Shown here piece by piece: positions 49,855-59,353 of a stretch of 64,000 nucleotides of DNA. Under the pieces are notes generated by a model. The model had not been told where the DNA came from and did no database searches. It was given only the letters and a program-made list of their open reading frames with translations. The translations under genes and the position numbers were made by a program. The stretch is from a virus. The DNA is taken from IMG/VR virus record IMGVR_UViG_3300045999_007505, one strand, 5' to 3'. Numbering within the stretch: the stretch's first letter is position 1; each line of letters starts with the position of its first letter.

Positions 49855-50281
49855 ATACTTCTACTTTTATTGCTTTTACTCTACCGGTTGTTTCTACTGC
49901 TAAAAAATCATTTATTGTATGGTATAAGAATTCTGCAAATCGTTCGCATCCTGTGGCCGGTAAGATTCGCAATCGTATAATACCTTCTACATTCATTTGT
50001 TTAAACAAAGTTAAATGCGGATCATCTTCAGCTATGATTGTAGTGTGGTCTAAAAGGTATGTAAAATAGTCTTTTGGAGACATACCTTCAATTTGGGTTT
50101 TAGCACGTTTCATACCACCAAAATCCCAAACCCAATTACGATGATCTAGATCACCTTCAAACCATACTCGGAATGATACAGCATATCCATGTAAAAATCT
50201 ACAATGTGTACCTGCTGCTCGCCATTGCCGGAAACAAGTTGAATATCCATCAAATAATTTAGTTGACTTAAATGTTGCCAT
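49817..50281 (-). CDS. queD: 6-carboxy-5,6,7,8-tetrahydropterin synthase
   Basis: HCRFLHGY, VWDFG, LDH, GCERFA, VEVYE...NSA. Confidence 0.92.
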   Translation of the reverse strand: MATFKSTKLFDGYSTCFRQWRAAGTHCRFLHGYAVSFRVWFEGDLDHRNWVWDFGGMKRAKTQIEGMSPKDYFTYLLDHTTIIAEDDPHLTLFKQMNVEGIIRLRILPATGCERFAEFLYHTINDFLAVETTGRVKAIKVEVYEHERNSASYEE

Positions 50282-50282
50282 A

Positions 50283-50984
50283 TTAATTATAACCTTTTAC
50301 GAATTGATAAAATTCTGATCTTGCATTGCCATCATCCAAAAATGCTCCAGATAATTTTGCAGTCTTCATTGAAGCACCGCCATGTTTAACTCCACGACAT
50401 TGTACACAATTATGTGTTGCTTCAATCATAACCGCTACACCTTTATTGTCTGTAATGAGTTCATTTATTGCATGATGTATTGCTACTGTTAATTGTTCTT
50501 GTATTGCACCTCGTCTACCAAAATGCTCTACTACTCGATTCAATTTACTTAAACCGATAACATTGCTATTCTCACCTGGAATATATGCAACATGTACATT
50601 GCCCATTATAGTCTGATGATGATGTGAGCACATTGAAGTTAATGGAATACCTCCTTCGAATACAATGCCATCATATCCATCACTAGGAAATGCTGTGATT
50701 CCTGACATTGGATTGTATCGACCAGCCCATAAGTCATTAACATATGCCTTTGCAACTCGCCTAGGAGTATCAGATGAATTTGGATCTTGTTCCCAAGCTA
50801 CTCCCAATGCACGAAGGAATTCTCCATAATAAAATGCAGCATCATCGATGATTGCTTGTTTTTCTTCTCGAGTTAATTCAGCATCAGGTCCTTCGATTGC
50901 CTGTTTAGTTGCTAATTGCGTGGAAATGCCGTTAGCAAAACCAGATTTAACCAATTCTAAATTGTTTCTTTGTTCTTTTGTCAT
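50283..50984 (-). CDS. folE: GTP cyclohydrolase I
   Basis: DTPRRVAK, SMCSHH, GLSKLNR, QEQLT, HNCVQCRGV. Confidence 0.96.
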   Translation of the reverse strand: MTKEQRNNLELVKSGFANGISTQLATKQAIEGPDAELTREEKQAIIDDAAFYYGEFLRALGVAWEQDPNSSDTPRRVAKAYVNDLWAGRYNPMSGITAFPSDGYDGIVFEGGIPLTSMCSHHHQTIMGNVHVAYIPGENSNVIGLSKLNRVVEHFGRRGAIQEQLTVAIHHAINELITDNKGVAVMIEATHNCVQCRGVKHGGASMKTAKLSGAFLDDGNARSEFYQFVKGYN

Positions 50985-51002
50985 AACTTAATTCTTATTA
51001 CT

Positions 51003-51031
51003 AATATAATAAACTTTATTGCATTTTCAAA
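51003..51031 (-). promoter_or_regulatory. sigma70-like promoter TTTGAA-N17-TATATT upstream of folE
   Basis: Boxes identical to those upstream of the SSB gene. Confidence 0.6.
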
Positions 51032-51234
51032 GTTTTTGCACCTTTTTCATGACAAGGTTCATAAGGACAATGTCTACAACCATTTCCGCAACATGACCCG
51101 CGGCGCTTATGATATGATTCGGACATTACTCGTCGTCCTTCGGAATCATAATAAAAGTCCGTTGGAAGGAGCTTGCTTCCAAACTCCTTCGCGAACTGTT
51201 GTTGAACCCAATCTTTTGATGCTGGCTGTAACAT
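51016..51234 (-). CDS. small Cys-rich protein (DUF5522-like)
   Basis: YHKRRGSCCGNGCRHCPY. Confidence 0.75.
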   Translation of the reverse strand: MLQPASKDWVQQQFAKEFGSKLLPTDFYYDSEGRRVMSESYHKRRGSCCGNGCRHCPYEPCHEKGAKTLKMQ

Positions 51235-53090
51235 TATTTTATCTCACAAGCTCCGCCTGCACAAGCTAATTCGCCTGATAGGTCTGTGTTATCATCCAAT
51301 TCAATTACTTGTGTCAAGTCAATATTTGTTAATGATTGTAACATGACTTCATATTGGTCTTTGCTAATATCTTCAAATGGTGCTTGCGTATATGTTCCGC
51401 CGTCATATGGCAATACCGATAATCCATTATAATGGTCTCTGTTTTCCCACATCCATTCTCCTGCCATTTCCCATTCATCAGCTTTTAACGAAACCGTTGC
51501 AGATACATTGTGTGTATTGTTTCCTGATCTATGTCCTGGCTTCACCCATTCCAAATGCACTTTCTTGATACGATCCAATAATGCAAATGGAGATTCGGTA
51601 CGAAGAATTGCTCCCTCTGGTGCTTGTTGTGGAATTGAAATAACTGCGGTATCATGTGGACGGAAATATTCATCTTCTACTAATTCTGGATGATATTCTG
51701 CTAAATATGTATAAATGGCTTCATTCTTACCAACTCGAATTCTTCTCATATAATAATCATTGTGCCAAGCATGAATACCTGATGATGTTCCTAATGTCAA
51801 TGATGTTGTTCCTGCAGGTTTAACTGTTGTGGTACGCGCTGAACGATTAATACCAATCAATTCTGCTACTCGTGCATTTTCTTCTTTAACTGCTTTAGCT
51901 GCTGATTTCATATCATATCCTAATACTGTGCCTGAGCCGATACCTGTCATTGATACTCCAATAAGTGCATCTTTCTCAGTTGTGCGTTTCCATACTGGAC
52001 GAAGATAATGAAAATCTGTATATCCTGCTTGAAGTGTTCCAATAAATGCTGCAGCACGTACTCGTGCCATTAAATCTTCTTGCGATTCAATATCCGATGC
52101 ATTTACTTCACATAGGTTACAAAATTGAAATGGTCGAAGTGCAATTTCACAACATGGGTTAGTTCCCCAATCTTTGTCATTGCTCAAATAAATTCCAGGC
52201 TCTCCTGCATTTGATAATTCAACTCGTTTCCACAAATCCATGAAAAACTCTTTGGTAACTTTGTGACGAATCAATACTGCAGAATTATTTGCTCGGCCTC
52301 GTTGTGGATTAATTTCCCACCAGTTACCCGATTTACATGCAATCATTTCTTCATCATCTGCACTAAACAAACTAATTAAAGCTGCTCTACGAATTCCTCC
52401 TGCTAACACTGCATCTGCAACGTGGCATACCATATCATGTACTTCAATTGGAGAAAGTTTGTCGCCATCTTCTTTAGCATCTAAAATACCTTGCAATTTA
52501 ATCAAACATTCTTTTAAAGGTTGTGGTCCCGGAGCTTTTCCTCCTGATGTAACCAATCTTGCACCTTTAGCTCTAATATCTGAAAAATCAAATGAATACG
52601 ATGACCCGCCTTCGAAATAAGATTTAACTAAAACCTTTACTGCATCTGCCCATCCTTCAATTGAATCTGCAATTAGATAACGACGCGTACGTTTTGTATT
52701 TGGTTTGCGAATTTCTGGTAATGCATCAACATGATGTTTTTGTACAGAATATCCAACACCTGTACCGCCTAGCAATAAAAACATTGCCTCAGCAAATGCA
52801 CGATAATCATCTATAGGAAGATATGCACAATTATAAATTCGGTTAGGAGAGATTTCAATTGGCTTACCACCAAATTGCAAACTACGCATTGATGGTAATA
52901 CTTTTTTGTCATAGACGAATTGATATGCTGATTCAATTTGATCCTTTAATTTTGGATACTTTTTGATGTGCATTTCTTTGTTTCTTGTAACTAGTTCTTC
53001 CCATGTTTCTCTGCGGTTAAGCTCGGGAAGATATTTGGCATATTTCATGTATACCGTAATTTCACTTAAGATTTGATTTGAAATCTTCAT
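51234..53090 (-). CDS. nrdJ: class II (adenosylcobalamin-dependent) ribonucleotide reductase
   Basis: PSMRSLQ, YNC, GTGVG, GGIRRAA, NPCCEI, TTVKPAGT, C-terminal CAGGAC; AAGGAG RBS before ATG 53090. Confidence 0.93.
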   Translation of the reverse strand: MKISNQILSEITVYMKYAKYLPELNRRETWEELVTRNKEMHIKKYPKLKDQIESAYQFVYDKKVLPSMRSLQFGGKPIEISPNRIYNCAYLPIDDYRAFAEAMFLLLGGTGVGYSVQKHHVDALPEIRKPNTKRTRRYLIADSIEGWADAVKVLVKSYFEGGSSYSFDFSDIRAKGARLVTSGGKAPGPQPLKECLIKLQGILDAKEDGDKLSPIEVHDMVCHVADAVLAGGIRRAALISLFSADDEEMIACKSGNWWEINPQRGRANNSAVLIRHKVTKEFFMDLWKRVELSNAGEPGIYLSNDKDWGTNPCCEIALRPFQFCNLCEVNASDIESQEDLMARVRAAAFIGTLQAGYTDFHYLRPVWKRTTEKDALIGVSMTGIGSGTVLGYDMKSAAKAVKEENARVAELIGINRSARTTTVKPAGTTSLTLGTSSGIHAWHNDYYMRRIRVGKNEAIYTYLAEYHPELVEDEYFRPHDTAVISIPQQAPEGAILRTESPFALLDRIKKVHLEWVKPGHRSGNNTHNVSATVSLKADEWEMAGEWMWENRDHYNGLSVLPYDGGTYTQAPFEDISKDQYEVMLQSLTNIDLTQVIELDDNTDLSGELACAGGACEIK

Positions 53091-53137
53091 TGTTGTAATC
53101 TCCTTAGATGTTTTTATTAACTTAAATTTTTTAGATG

Positions 53138-53162
53138 AAAAAAGGAAGGACGAATCCTTCCC
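53138..53162 (-). terminator. hairpin + U-tract in the helicase-nrdJ gap (terminator/attenuator)
   Basis: GGGAAGGA-TTCG-TCCTTCCT running into a T6 tract. Confidence 0.7.
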
Positions 53163-53186
53163 GCTTTCTTTCATATAAATATCATT

Positions 53187-54542
53187 TTATCCCAAAGTTC
53201 CTCCAAGATCTTTAAACTTTTGTGCTAAATTTTGTTTCATCATGTTTTCGCCGGTTTTCATGATCTGAGTAGTTTGTTTGCCTTGTGCCGTTTGTGGTTC
53301 AAAGAATTGGAATTGGCCATTGTTTGTATTGATTTTACTTGGCAATGTAATACCATCCGGGCCAAATCGATTCTTAATAACATGTCCTCTACCAGTTCCT
53401 GACATTTTATCTTCTACCTTTCTAGATAGTGACATTAAAAAGTCAGCAACCATTACTTTACCATATGATGATGCAATTTTATCTGCTTCAATAATATCTT
53501 CTTCTAATGCACTACGTCCTGCTTGCGATGCTGTCCATACTGGAATTTTATATTCTCCTGCCATACCCCGCAATTCTTCATATAAATCTTCCAATGCTTC
53601 GTGCTTATCTTTTTTGGTATTCACTTTGAGCAAGTCACCATAATCCACAATAATTAAATCGGGTGTTTTGCCTTGCATTATTGTTTTTTCTATATGTGCC
53701 TTAAGTGCCATTACTCCTACTGACTTTGTAGGGTAGTATTTAACAATCAAACCTCCCGTTAAAGAACGCATCTTCTCTTCCACAGTGTCTTGATGGTGTT
53801 TCAATGTTTGTGCGTTTATACCAGTTAAAACCGAATCATATCGCTGTCCTACATAATTTTCATTGAGCTCCAATGTATAATGTATAACCGTTTTGCCTGC
53901 TCTTACTGCATTAGCACCAATATTAATAAGCATCCAAGATTTACCAATACCTGCAGGAGCCATTACTACTCCTAATTCGCCTGGAGCTAATCCGCCATCC
54001 ATTAAATCATCGATAACATCCCAACCCGTAGTAATTGTATGACGAGCAGCCTCATTGTAACGAGCAGCTACATTATTAACATAATCCAAACCAATATCAG
54101 TATCAGCACCAGCTTTCATGGCATTATCCATTTTGCTTTTAATTGCATCATAATTACCCATTTTGAGTAACGATACTGAATCCATAATAGCTCGTTTGAT
54201 TTCTTGATTCTTGCAAAACTTAAGGATTTCATCTTTTACAAAAGAAAGGTCATCGGATTCCATATATCGGAATACTTCTTTCAATTGTTCTAACACTGCA
54301 GTTTTTAAGATGTCATTTTCAATTTCTGTTATTTTTACTTTAAGTACATCTTTAGAAGGTGGAGCTTTGTATTGTCTAAAATGTTCCAATACAATTTCTA
54401 ACAACCAACTATTTGCATCTGATTCAAAATATTCAGCTTGAATGATGTCTGCAATTTGTTGTAAAAATATTCGGTCTGTAAATAGTGCGGCTATAACTTT
54501 GACTTGAAAGCCAAAACCATACTCGGAAAGTTTGTCGGTCAT
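53187..54542 (-). CDS. replicative DNA helicase (DnaB/T4 gp41-like)
   Basis: APAGIGKS Walker A, YTLEL, IIVDY, WTASQ, KNRFG. Confidence 0.95.
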   Translation of the reverse strand: MTDKLSEYGFGFQVKVIAALFTDRIFLQQIADIIQAEYFESDANSWLLEIVLEHFRQYKAPPSKDVLKVKITEIENDILKTAVLEQLKEVFRYMESDDLSFVKDEILKFCKNQEIKRAIMDSVSLLKMGNYDAIKSKMDNAMKAGADTDIGLDYVNNVAARYNEAARHTITTGWDVIDDLMDGGLAPGELGVVMAPAGIGKSWMLINIGANAVRAGKTVIHYTLELNENYVGQRYDSVLTGINAQTLKHHQDTVEEKMRSLTGGLIVKYYPTKSVGVMALKAHIEKTIMQGKTPDLIIVDYGDLLKVNTKKDKHEALEDLYEELRGMAGEYKIPVWTASQAGRSALEEDIIEADKIASSYGKVMVADFLMSLSRKVEDKMSGTGRGHVIKNRFGPDGITLPSKINTNNGQFQFFEPQTAQGKQTTQIMKTGENMMKQNLAQKFKDLGGTLG

Positions 54543-54548
54543 ATAACC

Positions 54549-54577
54549 ATTATATAAAAAACGTTGATAAAATCAAA
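54549..54577 (-). promoter_or_regulatory. sigma70-like promoter TTTGAT-N17-TATAAT
   Basis: Recurrent boxes and spacer upstream of the helicase. Confidence 0.6.
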
Positions 54578-55636
54578 TTATTTGTGTGTTTGTTTTGCAA
54601 ATGCATTTAAAGACAACCAAGTATTGTTCAACCATTCTGGTAAATTCTTCATGATAGCCCACATCTTATCTTCATAGAATAATCGTTGAAACTCAGCACG
54701 ATTTAATTCTGGTATAGGTTGTTCCATGATACCACGAATCTTGGTTGCAGTCTGTGCTGGTATGTCAAGCAATTTGATATTCATTAATTGATAATTTTGT
54801 TCGATAATGCGACTACTATCAAGAATCTTTTGATAAGATTTAGATTCTTTAATTGATGCTGCGCTTTTGTCAAACAATTGTTGTGTTGTATATGGTGCTT
54901 CATTGGCTAATTCTGGAATCAATTTCAATATAGTTTTTGGTCCTATTCCGTTAACACCAGGAATGTTGTCTGATGCATCGCCTGTAAATGATCTGTAAAT
55001 AACCATGTTAGCAGGATGCACTCCAAATTCTTCTTGCACGGTGTCTACATTATACATTTTCTTTTTGATAGGCGACCATACTTGAATACGATTATCTACC
55101 AATTGGTAAAAGTCTCTGTCCGTAGATACGATAGTAATCTTTTTGCATTCCGTTTCATACATTTGTGCAATATATGCAATAGTATCATCTGCCTCAATTC
55201 CATCCATTGAAATAAACGTAACTGGCAAATTATCTAGATATGAAATCAAACGACTAAATTGATGTCGCATTGATTCTTGTTCTTGCTCCAAAGTAGATTC
55301 ATGATGATCATGACGTCGCAATTTGGTTTTATTTGCCCTATTTGCTTTGTAGTCACCATAAATACGTTTTCTTCGTGCAGAACCCCCGCGGCCATCGAAA
55401 ACAATAATGCATCGAGTTGGTTTAAAATCTCGTATGGTTTTACCCACTGAATATAAAAATCCAGTAATGCCACCAATATGATCGCCATCTTCATTGTATG
55501 CGGGAGTTGCGCCGAAGCTTCTAATAAAAGTGTTCAGCCCGTCAAACACCATGAGATGATCATTGACACTTGACGGAGCAGAACTCTTTTCTTTTTGTAA
55601 CTCTTTGAATAGCTGTTGATACTTATTCTTCATCAT
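54578..55636 (-). CDS. 5'-3' exonuclease / T4 RNase H-like flap nuclease
   Basis: DGLN, VFDG, YKANR, EADD, STDRDF.QL, GDASDNIPGV.GIGPKT (track start 55645). Confidence 0.93.
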   Translation of the reverse strand: MMKNKYQQLFKELQKEKSSAPSSVNDHLMVFDGLNTFIRSFGATPAYNEDGDHIGGITGFLYSVGKTIRDFKPTRCIIVFDGRGGSARRKRIYGDYKANRANKTKLRRHDHHESTLEQEQESMRHQFSRLISYLDNLPVTFISMDGIEADDTIAYIAQMYETECKKITIVSTDRDFYQLVDNRIQVWSPIKKKMYNVDTVQEEFGVHPANMVIYRSFTGDASDNIPGVNGIGPKTILKLIPELANEAPYTTQQLFDKSAASIKESKSYQKILDSSRIIEQNYQLMNIKLLDIPAQTATKIRGIMEQPIPELNRAEFQRLFYEDKMWAIMKNLPEWLNNTWLSLNAFAKQTHK

Positions 55637-56783
55637 AAACTTCATCTACGACAATTACGTCATCAATACCACCATCAACACCGGCTTGATATTTGAAGAT
55701 ATAAGCATCGCATATTCTTTGATATAACCTTTCTTTTGCTTCTGGGTTATTAATAACCTTTTCTGCAAAGTCTTTGCTTTGAAATTTGAATTCGCCAAAT
55801 GATTCTCCGGTTTCGATATCTACGTCATCCATAGTATACCAAGCACCCGATTGTTTAACGATATCAAAATTCTTCATGATGTTTAACCAACCACCAAAAT
55901 TGTCAATGCCAGAATCATAATAAATTTCATAATTGACTTTGCGGTGTGGAGGCCCCATCCTGTTTTTAACTACTTGTACTTCTGTTTTGCTACCCACAAC
56001 TTGTTCAACACCACTTACTTTGGCTTTGATCATTCCGGTATTTTTTAAACGCAATCTAACCGAAGCATGAAATGGAATTGCTTTACCACCTGCAGTTGTC
56101 CATTGATCACCAAATGATACGCCCATTTTAGTACGTAATTGATTGGTAAATATGAGACAAATACGTTCACGTGCAATCCAATTGGTAACTTTTCGCATTG
56201 CTTTGGACAAGATAATGGATTTGCTAGTTGCATAACCATCCTTATCATATTCGGCAGACATTTCAATTTTTGTAGATGCACCCATGATTGAATCCACTAC
56301 AATTGTAACTAAACGATTTTTGTCTGATTTACGTACTCCTTCAACAATAGTTTCAATTGTTTCAAAAATTTCTTCAATTGTCTCTAAAGGAACATAAAGC
56401 ATTGTTTTCAAATCAACGCCGATTGCCGTTAAAAACTCAGAACTTACTGCGGATTCTGTATCAATATATACTGCCAATCCGCCTTTCTTTTGTGTTTCTG
56501 CTAATGTGTGTGCAGCTAACAACGATTTACCAGATGCTTCCAATCCGGTAATTTCAGTGATGCGCCCAACGGGAAAACCTCCATGGGCGCGATTTGAAAT
56601 TGCTAAATCGAGCATCGAGCAACCAGATGATACCCACTCTGTTACATTGCTTGGAGCATCTTCATCGCCATCTAAAAAGAATGCAGTTTTGAGTGCTTGA
56701 CCTTTAAATTGCTTGTTGATACTGTCTGCCAATGTTGATGCTAGAGCATCTTCTATTTCCAGTTTACTTTTACTCTTTGCCAT
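55623..56783 (-). CDS. recA: RecA/UvsX recombinase
   Basis: GRITEI.GLEASGKS, YIDTE, VVDS, FTNQLR, GGKAI.F.ASVR, VVKNR, SGAWY. Confidence 0.95.
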   Translation of the reverse strand: MAKSKSKLEIEDALASTLADSINKQFKGQALKTAFFLDGDEDAPSNVTEWVSSGCSMLDLAISNRAHGGFPVGRITEITGLEASGKSLLAAHTLAETQKKGGLAVYIDTESAVSSEFLTAIGVDLKTMLYVPLETIEEIFETIETIVEGVRKSDKNRLVTIVVDSIMGASTKIEMSAEYDKDGYATSKSIILSKAMRKVTNWIARERICLIFTNQLRTKMGVSFGDQWTTAGGKAIPFHASVRLRLKNTGMIKAKVSGVEQVVGSKTEVQVVKNRMGPPHRKVNYEIYYDSGIDNFGGWLNIMKNFDIVKQSGAWYTMDDVDIETGESFGEFKFQSKDFAEKVINNPEAKERLYQRICDAYIFKYQAGVDGGIDDVIVVDEVYDEE

Positions 56784-56798
56784 TTTATAACCTCACTA

Positions 56799-57572
56799 TT
56801 AGTTGTTGAATAAATCATCAAATGCAGAAGCAACATCATCAACTTTTTTAGTTGCAGCTGGTTTAGCAGCCTTTGCTGGTGCTGGAGCTTCTTCTTCATC
56901 GTCTGAATCAACATCTGAATCTGCATTTTCTGGATTCATCCATTCTGCTAATGCTTTTTCTAGTTCGTCATAAGATGGTTCTGGAAACAAATCAGTAATC
57001 GTAGGTTGATTCATGATTTTTTGTGCAATCTCTTTGTCTTCGGTTGCAGGTTGTGTATTTGGCTTAACACGAATTGCAGTCTTTGGATAAGCTCCACCTT
57101 CTGCTGGTGTAAATTCTACATCAATATCACGACCATTCATTAAATCCGTAATGTCGCCATAATCTGGATCTGAAATGATTGAAAGCAATTCTGTGTAGAT
57201 TGTTTTACCAAATCCCCAAAATTTAACACCTTCAGATTCCTTACCACGAATGATTACGGGAACATAGGTACGCATTTTAGGTTCAATTTTACGACCCATC
57301 AACCAATCTTCTTTATCTCCGGTCTTTTTAAGTTTGTCTGCAAATTCTACGATTGGATCTGCATTGCCAAATGTAATTGGAGATAACATGGATTTCTTTC
57401 CGATGTCATAATGAAAATACAATTCTAAAAACGGATTTTCTTTGCGATGAACGTAAGGTACAATTCTTACTCGCGTTTTACCTGATTCAGGTTTCCACAA
57501 ATTTTGTTTTTTGTCATCAGATTTGTTTAACTGATTGAGTTTTGCTTTGATAGCGTCTAAATTCAAGGCCAT
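56799..57572 (-). CDS. single-stranded DNA-binding protein (T4 gp32-like)
   Basis: LWKP, VRIVP, FWGFGKTIY, DITD..GRD, acidic tail AFDDLFNN. Confidence 0.88.
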   Translation of the reverse strand: MALNLDAIKAKLNQLNKSDDKKQNLWKPESGKTRVRIVPYVHRKENPFLELYFHYDIGKKSMLSPITFGNADPIVEFADKLKKTGDKEDWLMGRKIEPKMRTYVPVIIRGKESEGVKFWGFGKTIYTELLSIISDPDYGDITDLMNGRDIDVEFTPAEGGAYPKTAIRVKPNTQPATEDKEIAQKIMNQPTITDLFPEPSYDELEKALAEWMNPENADSDVDSDDEEEAPAPAKAAKPAATKKVDDVASAFDDLFNN

Positions 57573-57623
57573 TGTTTAATTCCTTTTCTTTAAGTGGTTA
57601 ATAAAATATAAAAATATAATTAC

Positions 57624-57686
57624 AATATAAGTAATTAATTCGTTAATTCAAAGTTAATTGGTAAATTTGTTTTACATTTATAAATA
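57624..57686 (-). promoter_or_regulatory. tandem promoters upstream of SSB: late motif (57679-57686) and TTTGAA-N17-TATATT (57624-57652)
   Basis: Both recurrent motifs lie in one AT-rich gap. Confidence 0.6.
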
Positions 57687-57691
57687 TCAGT

Positions 57692-58948
57692 TTAAATATA
57701 AATCTTACCTCCTATACTGCCGCCTTTATCTTCGATCATTTTACGTATATCATTTGGCGAGTATATATCATAGTTATCAGCAATTGCAGAACCTATAAAT
57801 TCCATATCACCCTGAACTTTTAAATTTTTAGGAAATTCATCAAAATTTAAATTACTCATGTACAAATCTTTACCAATCGTTAAATTATCAGGTAATGATT
57901 TTATTGATCCGCCGCTGATCCATAGTCTACCCGGTATTGTTAAATTATCAGGCAATGATCGAATTGGAGTATTGGATATTGCTAAACTACCACGAATTGT
58001 TATATCATCAGGCAATGTTTCTACTAAAGTTTTTGAAAGATCTAAACTGCCTACTGTTAAATTTTTTGGTAATGTTTTTATTTCATTACGAGATATGTGT
58101 AATTCGCCGGTTACTGTTAATCCATCGGGTAATGATGTTAATCCAGATGCATATAAATTTAAATCGCCGCGGATTGTTAGATCTTTTTCCGTTAAATTAT
58201 GCACGTTAAATAAAATTTTAGCTTCTACTGGTATTTTGAATCTAGGTCTTTTAAATTCTATAAATTTAAATAAATTATATAATTTAGTTTGATCGGCTGG
58301 TGATGAATATGTGATTGCAGATAAAACTTCATGATCATTTTTATTCATGAAATTTTTTGTTTGGTATGAAAATTGATATTTTTCATCAGAACCAGGTTTA
58401 GAAAAAATAAATAGGGGGCCTTTTGAAATGTATTTATCAAAATGTTCTCTTGTTTTTCCAGTAGCAGTACACCATTGTGTTCCACTTCCCATTTCACAAG
58501 AAACGCCATATAAATCTTTGCGACCCTTTGGCAATTCATATACATCAAACCCTTCAACCGAACCCATATAAAATTCTTGGTATTTATCTGACCGAGCAAC
58601 GCCTTTTTGTTGCGATGGATCTGATTTTTCTTTGTCAAAAATTTCAACTGACTTTATAATAAATTGTTGAATATCTTGTGAGGTTTTATATTGATTTATA
58701 TCTTGAAATGAATATTCTCGTTTTCGACGATCAAATATTTTAAAATATGAATTGTATTTGTATAAATCTTCAGGTTGAATTATTTTACTAGCAACCATTT
58801 TAGTTAACCAAGTAGCATATGCAGATTTACCACCGGTTGCATCAATAATTTCAACGAATTCAGAATCGGTTATTTTGCCAGTATCAACAAATTGTGTTTT
58901 GAGTTGATCGAGTGAAACTTCAAACAATAAAGATTTTAACCGTATCAT
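57692..58948 (-). CDS. leucine-rich-repeat protein with MIRLKSLLFE leader
   Basis: About six 20-21-aa repeats (SLPDGLTVTGEL, TLPKNLTVGSL, SLPDNLTIPGRL); GTQWCTAT central motif; late motif at 58953-58960. Confidence 0.8.
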   Translation of the reverse strand: MIRLKSLLFEVSLDQLKTQFVDTGKITDSEFVEIIDATGGKSAYATWLTKMVASKIIQPEDLYKYNSYFKIFDRRKREYSFQDINQYKTSQDIQQFIIKSVEIFDKEKSDPSQQKGVARSDKYQEFYMGSVEGFDVYELPKGRKDLYGVSCEMGSGTQWCTATGKTREHFDKYISKGPLFIFSKPGSDEKYQFSYQTKNFMNKNDHEVLSAITYSSPADQTKLYNLFKFIEFKRPRFKIPVEAKILFNVHNLTEKDLTIRGDLNLYASGLTSLPDGLTVTGELHISRNEIKTLPKNLTVGSLDLSKTLVETLPDDITIRGSLAISNTPIRSLPDNLTIPGRLWISGGSIKSLPDNLTIGKDLYMSNLNFDEFPKNLKVQGDMEFIGSAIADNYDIYSPNDIRKMIEDKGGSIGGKIYI

Positions 58949-58960
58949 ATATTATAAATA

Positions 58961-59347
58961 TTAATTCCAAACGATTTTCTTGAAAAATACGAGGTCAATT
59001 ACTCGGTATCCCGCATCATCTGTTAGGATAAAAGAATTTTGATATTTGGTCCAATCCAATCGATATGTTTTGTCTAATACTCCGTTGTTAACAACACGAA
59101 TAACTTCATTAAGTGCATTAACGGTATATAAGGTATTGGTTTCTTTTTTGCGGTGAATGCTAATTGTATTCTGTCCCCGTTGTGTTCCTGCATCTGCATT
59201 GTATGTGCAATATAAATTGTCTGTAGCTTCTGCATTGGCAAATACGAAGATTCTGCGTTCTGGTATGGTATAGCTTTGTTGTATGTAATCTGATACTATG
59301 TTTAAATCTGATTTATGTGCAAATGTGCAAAGTAGTTGTGTTTTCAT
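58961..59347 (-). CDS. hypothetical phage protein
   Basis: QLLCTF, CTYN, NTISIHRKKETNTLYTVNALN. Confidence 0.75.
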   Translation of the reverse strand: MKTQLLCTFAHKSDLNIVSDYIQQSYTIPERRIFVFANAEATDNLYCTYNADAGTQRGQNTISIHRKKETNTLYTVNALNEVIRVVNNGVLDKTYRLDWTKYQNSFILTDDAGYRVIDLVFFKKIVWN

Positions 59348-59353
59348 TCTTCA

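Noticed and set aside
53091-53174. 28-aa N-terminal extension of NrdJ from ATG 53174
   Set aside because: That ATG overlaps the promoter motif and the extension crosses a hairpin; ATG 53090 has an AAGGAG RBS
53091-53186. Cobalamin riboswitch upstream of nrdJ
   Set aside because: The gap is under 100 nt and I see no B12-box or multi-stem structure
44847-56783. Inteins or introns in PolB, NrdJ, helicase or RecA
   Set aside because: Protein lengths are ordinary and the catalytic motifs are contiguous
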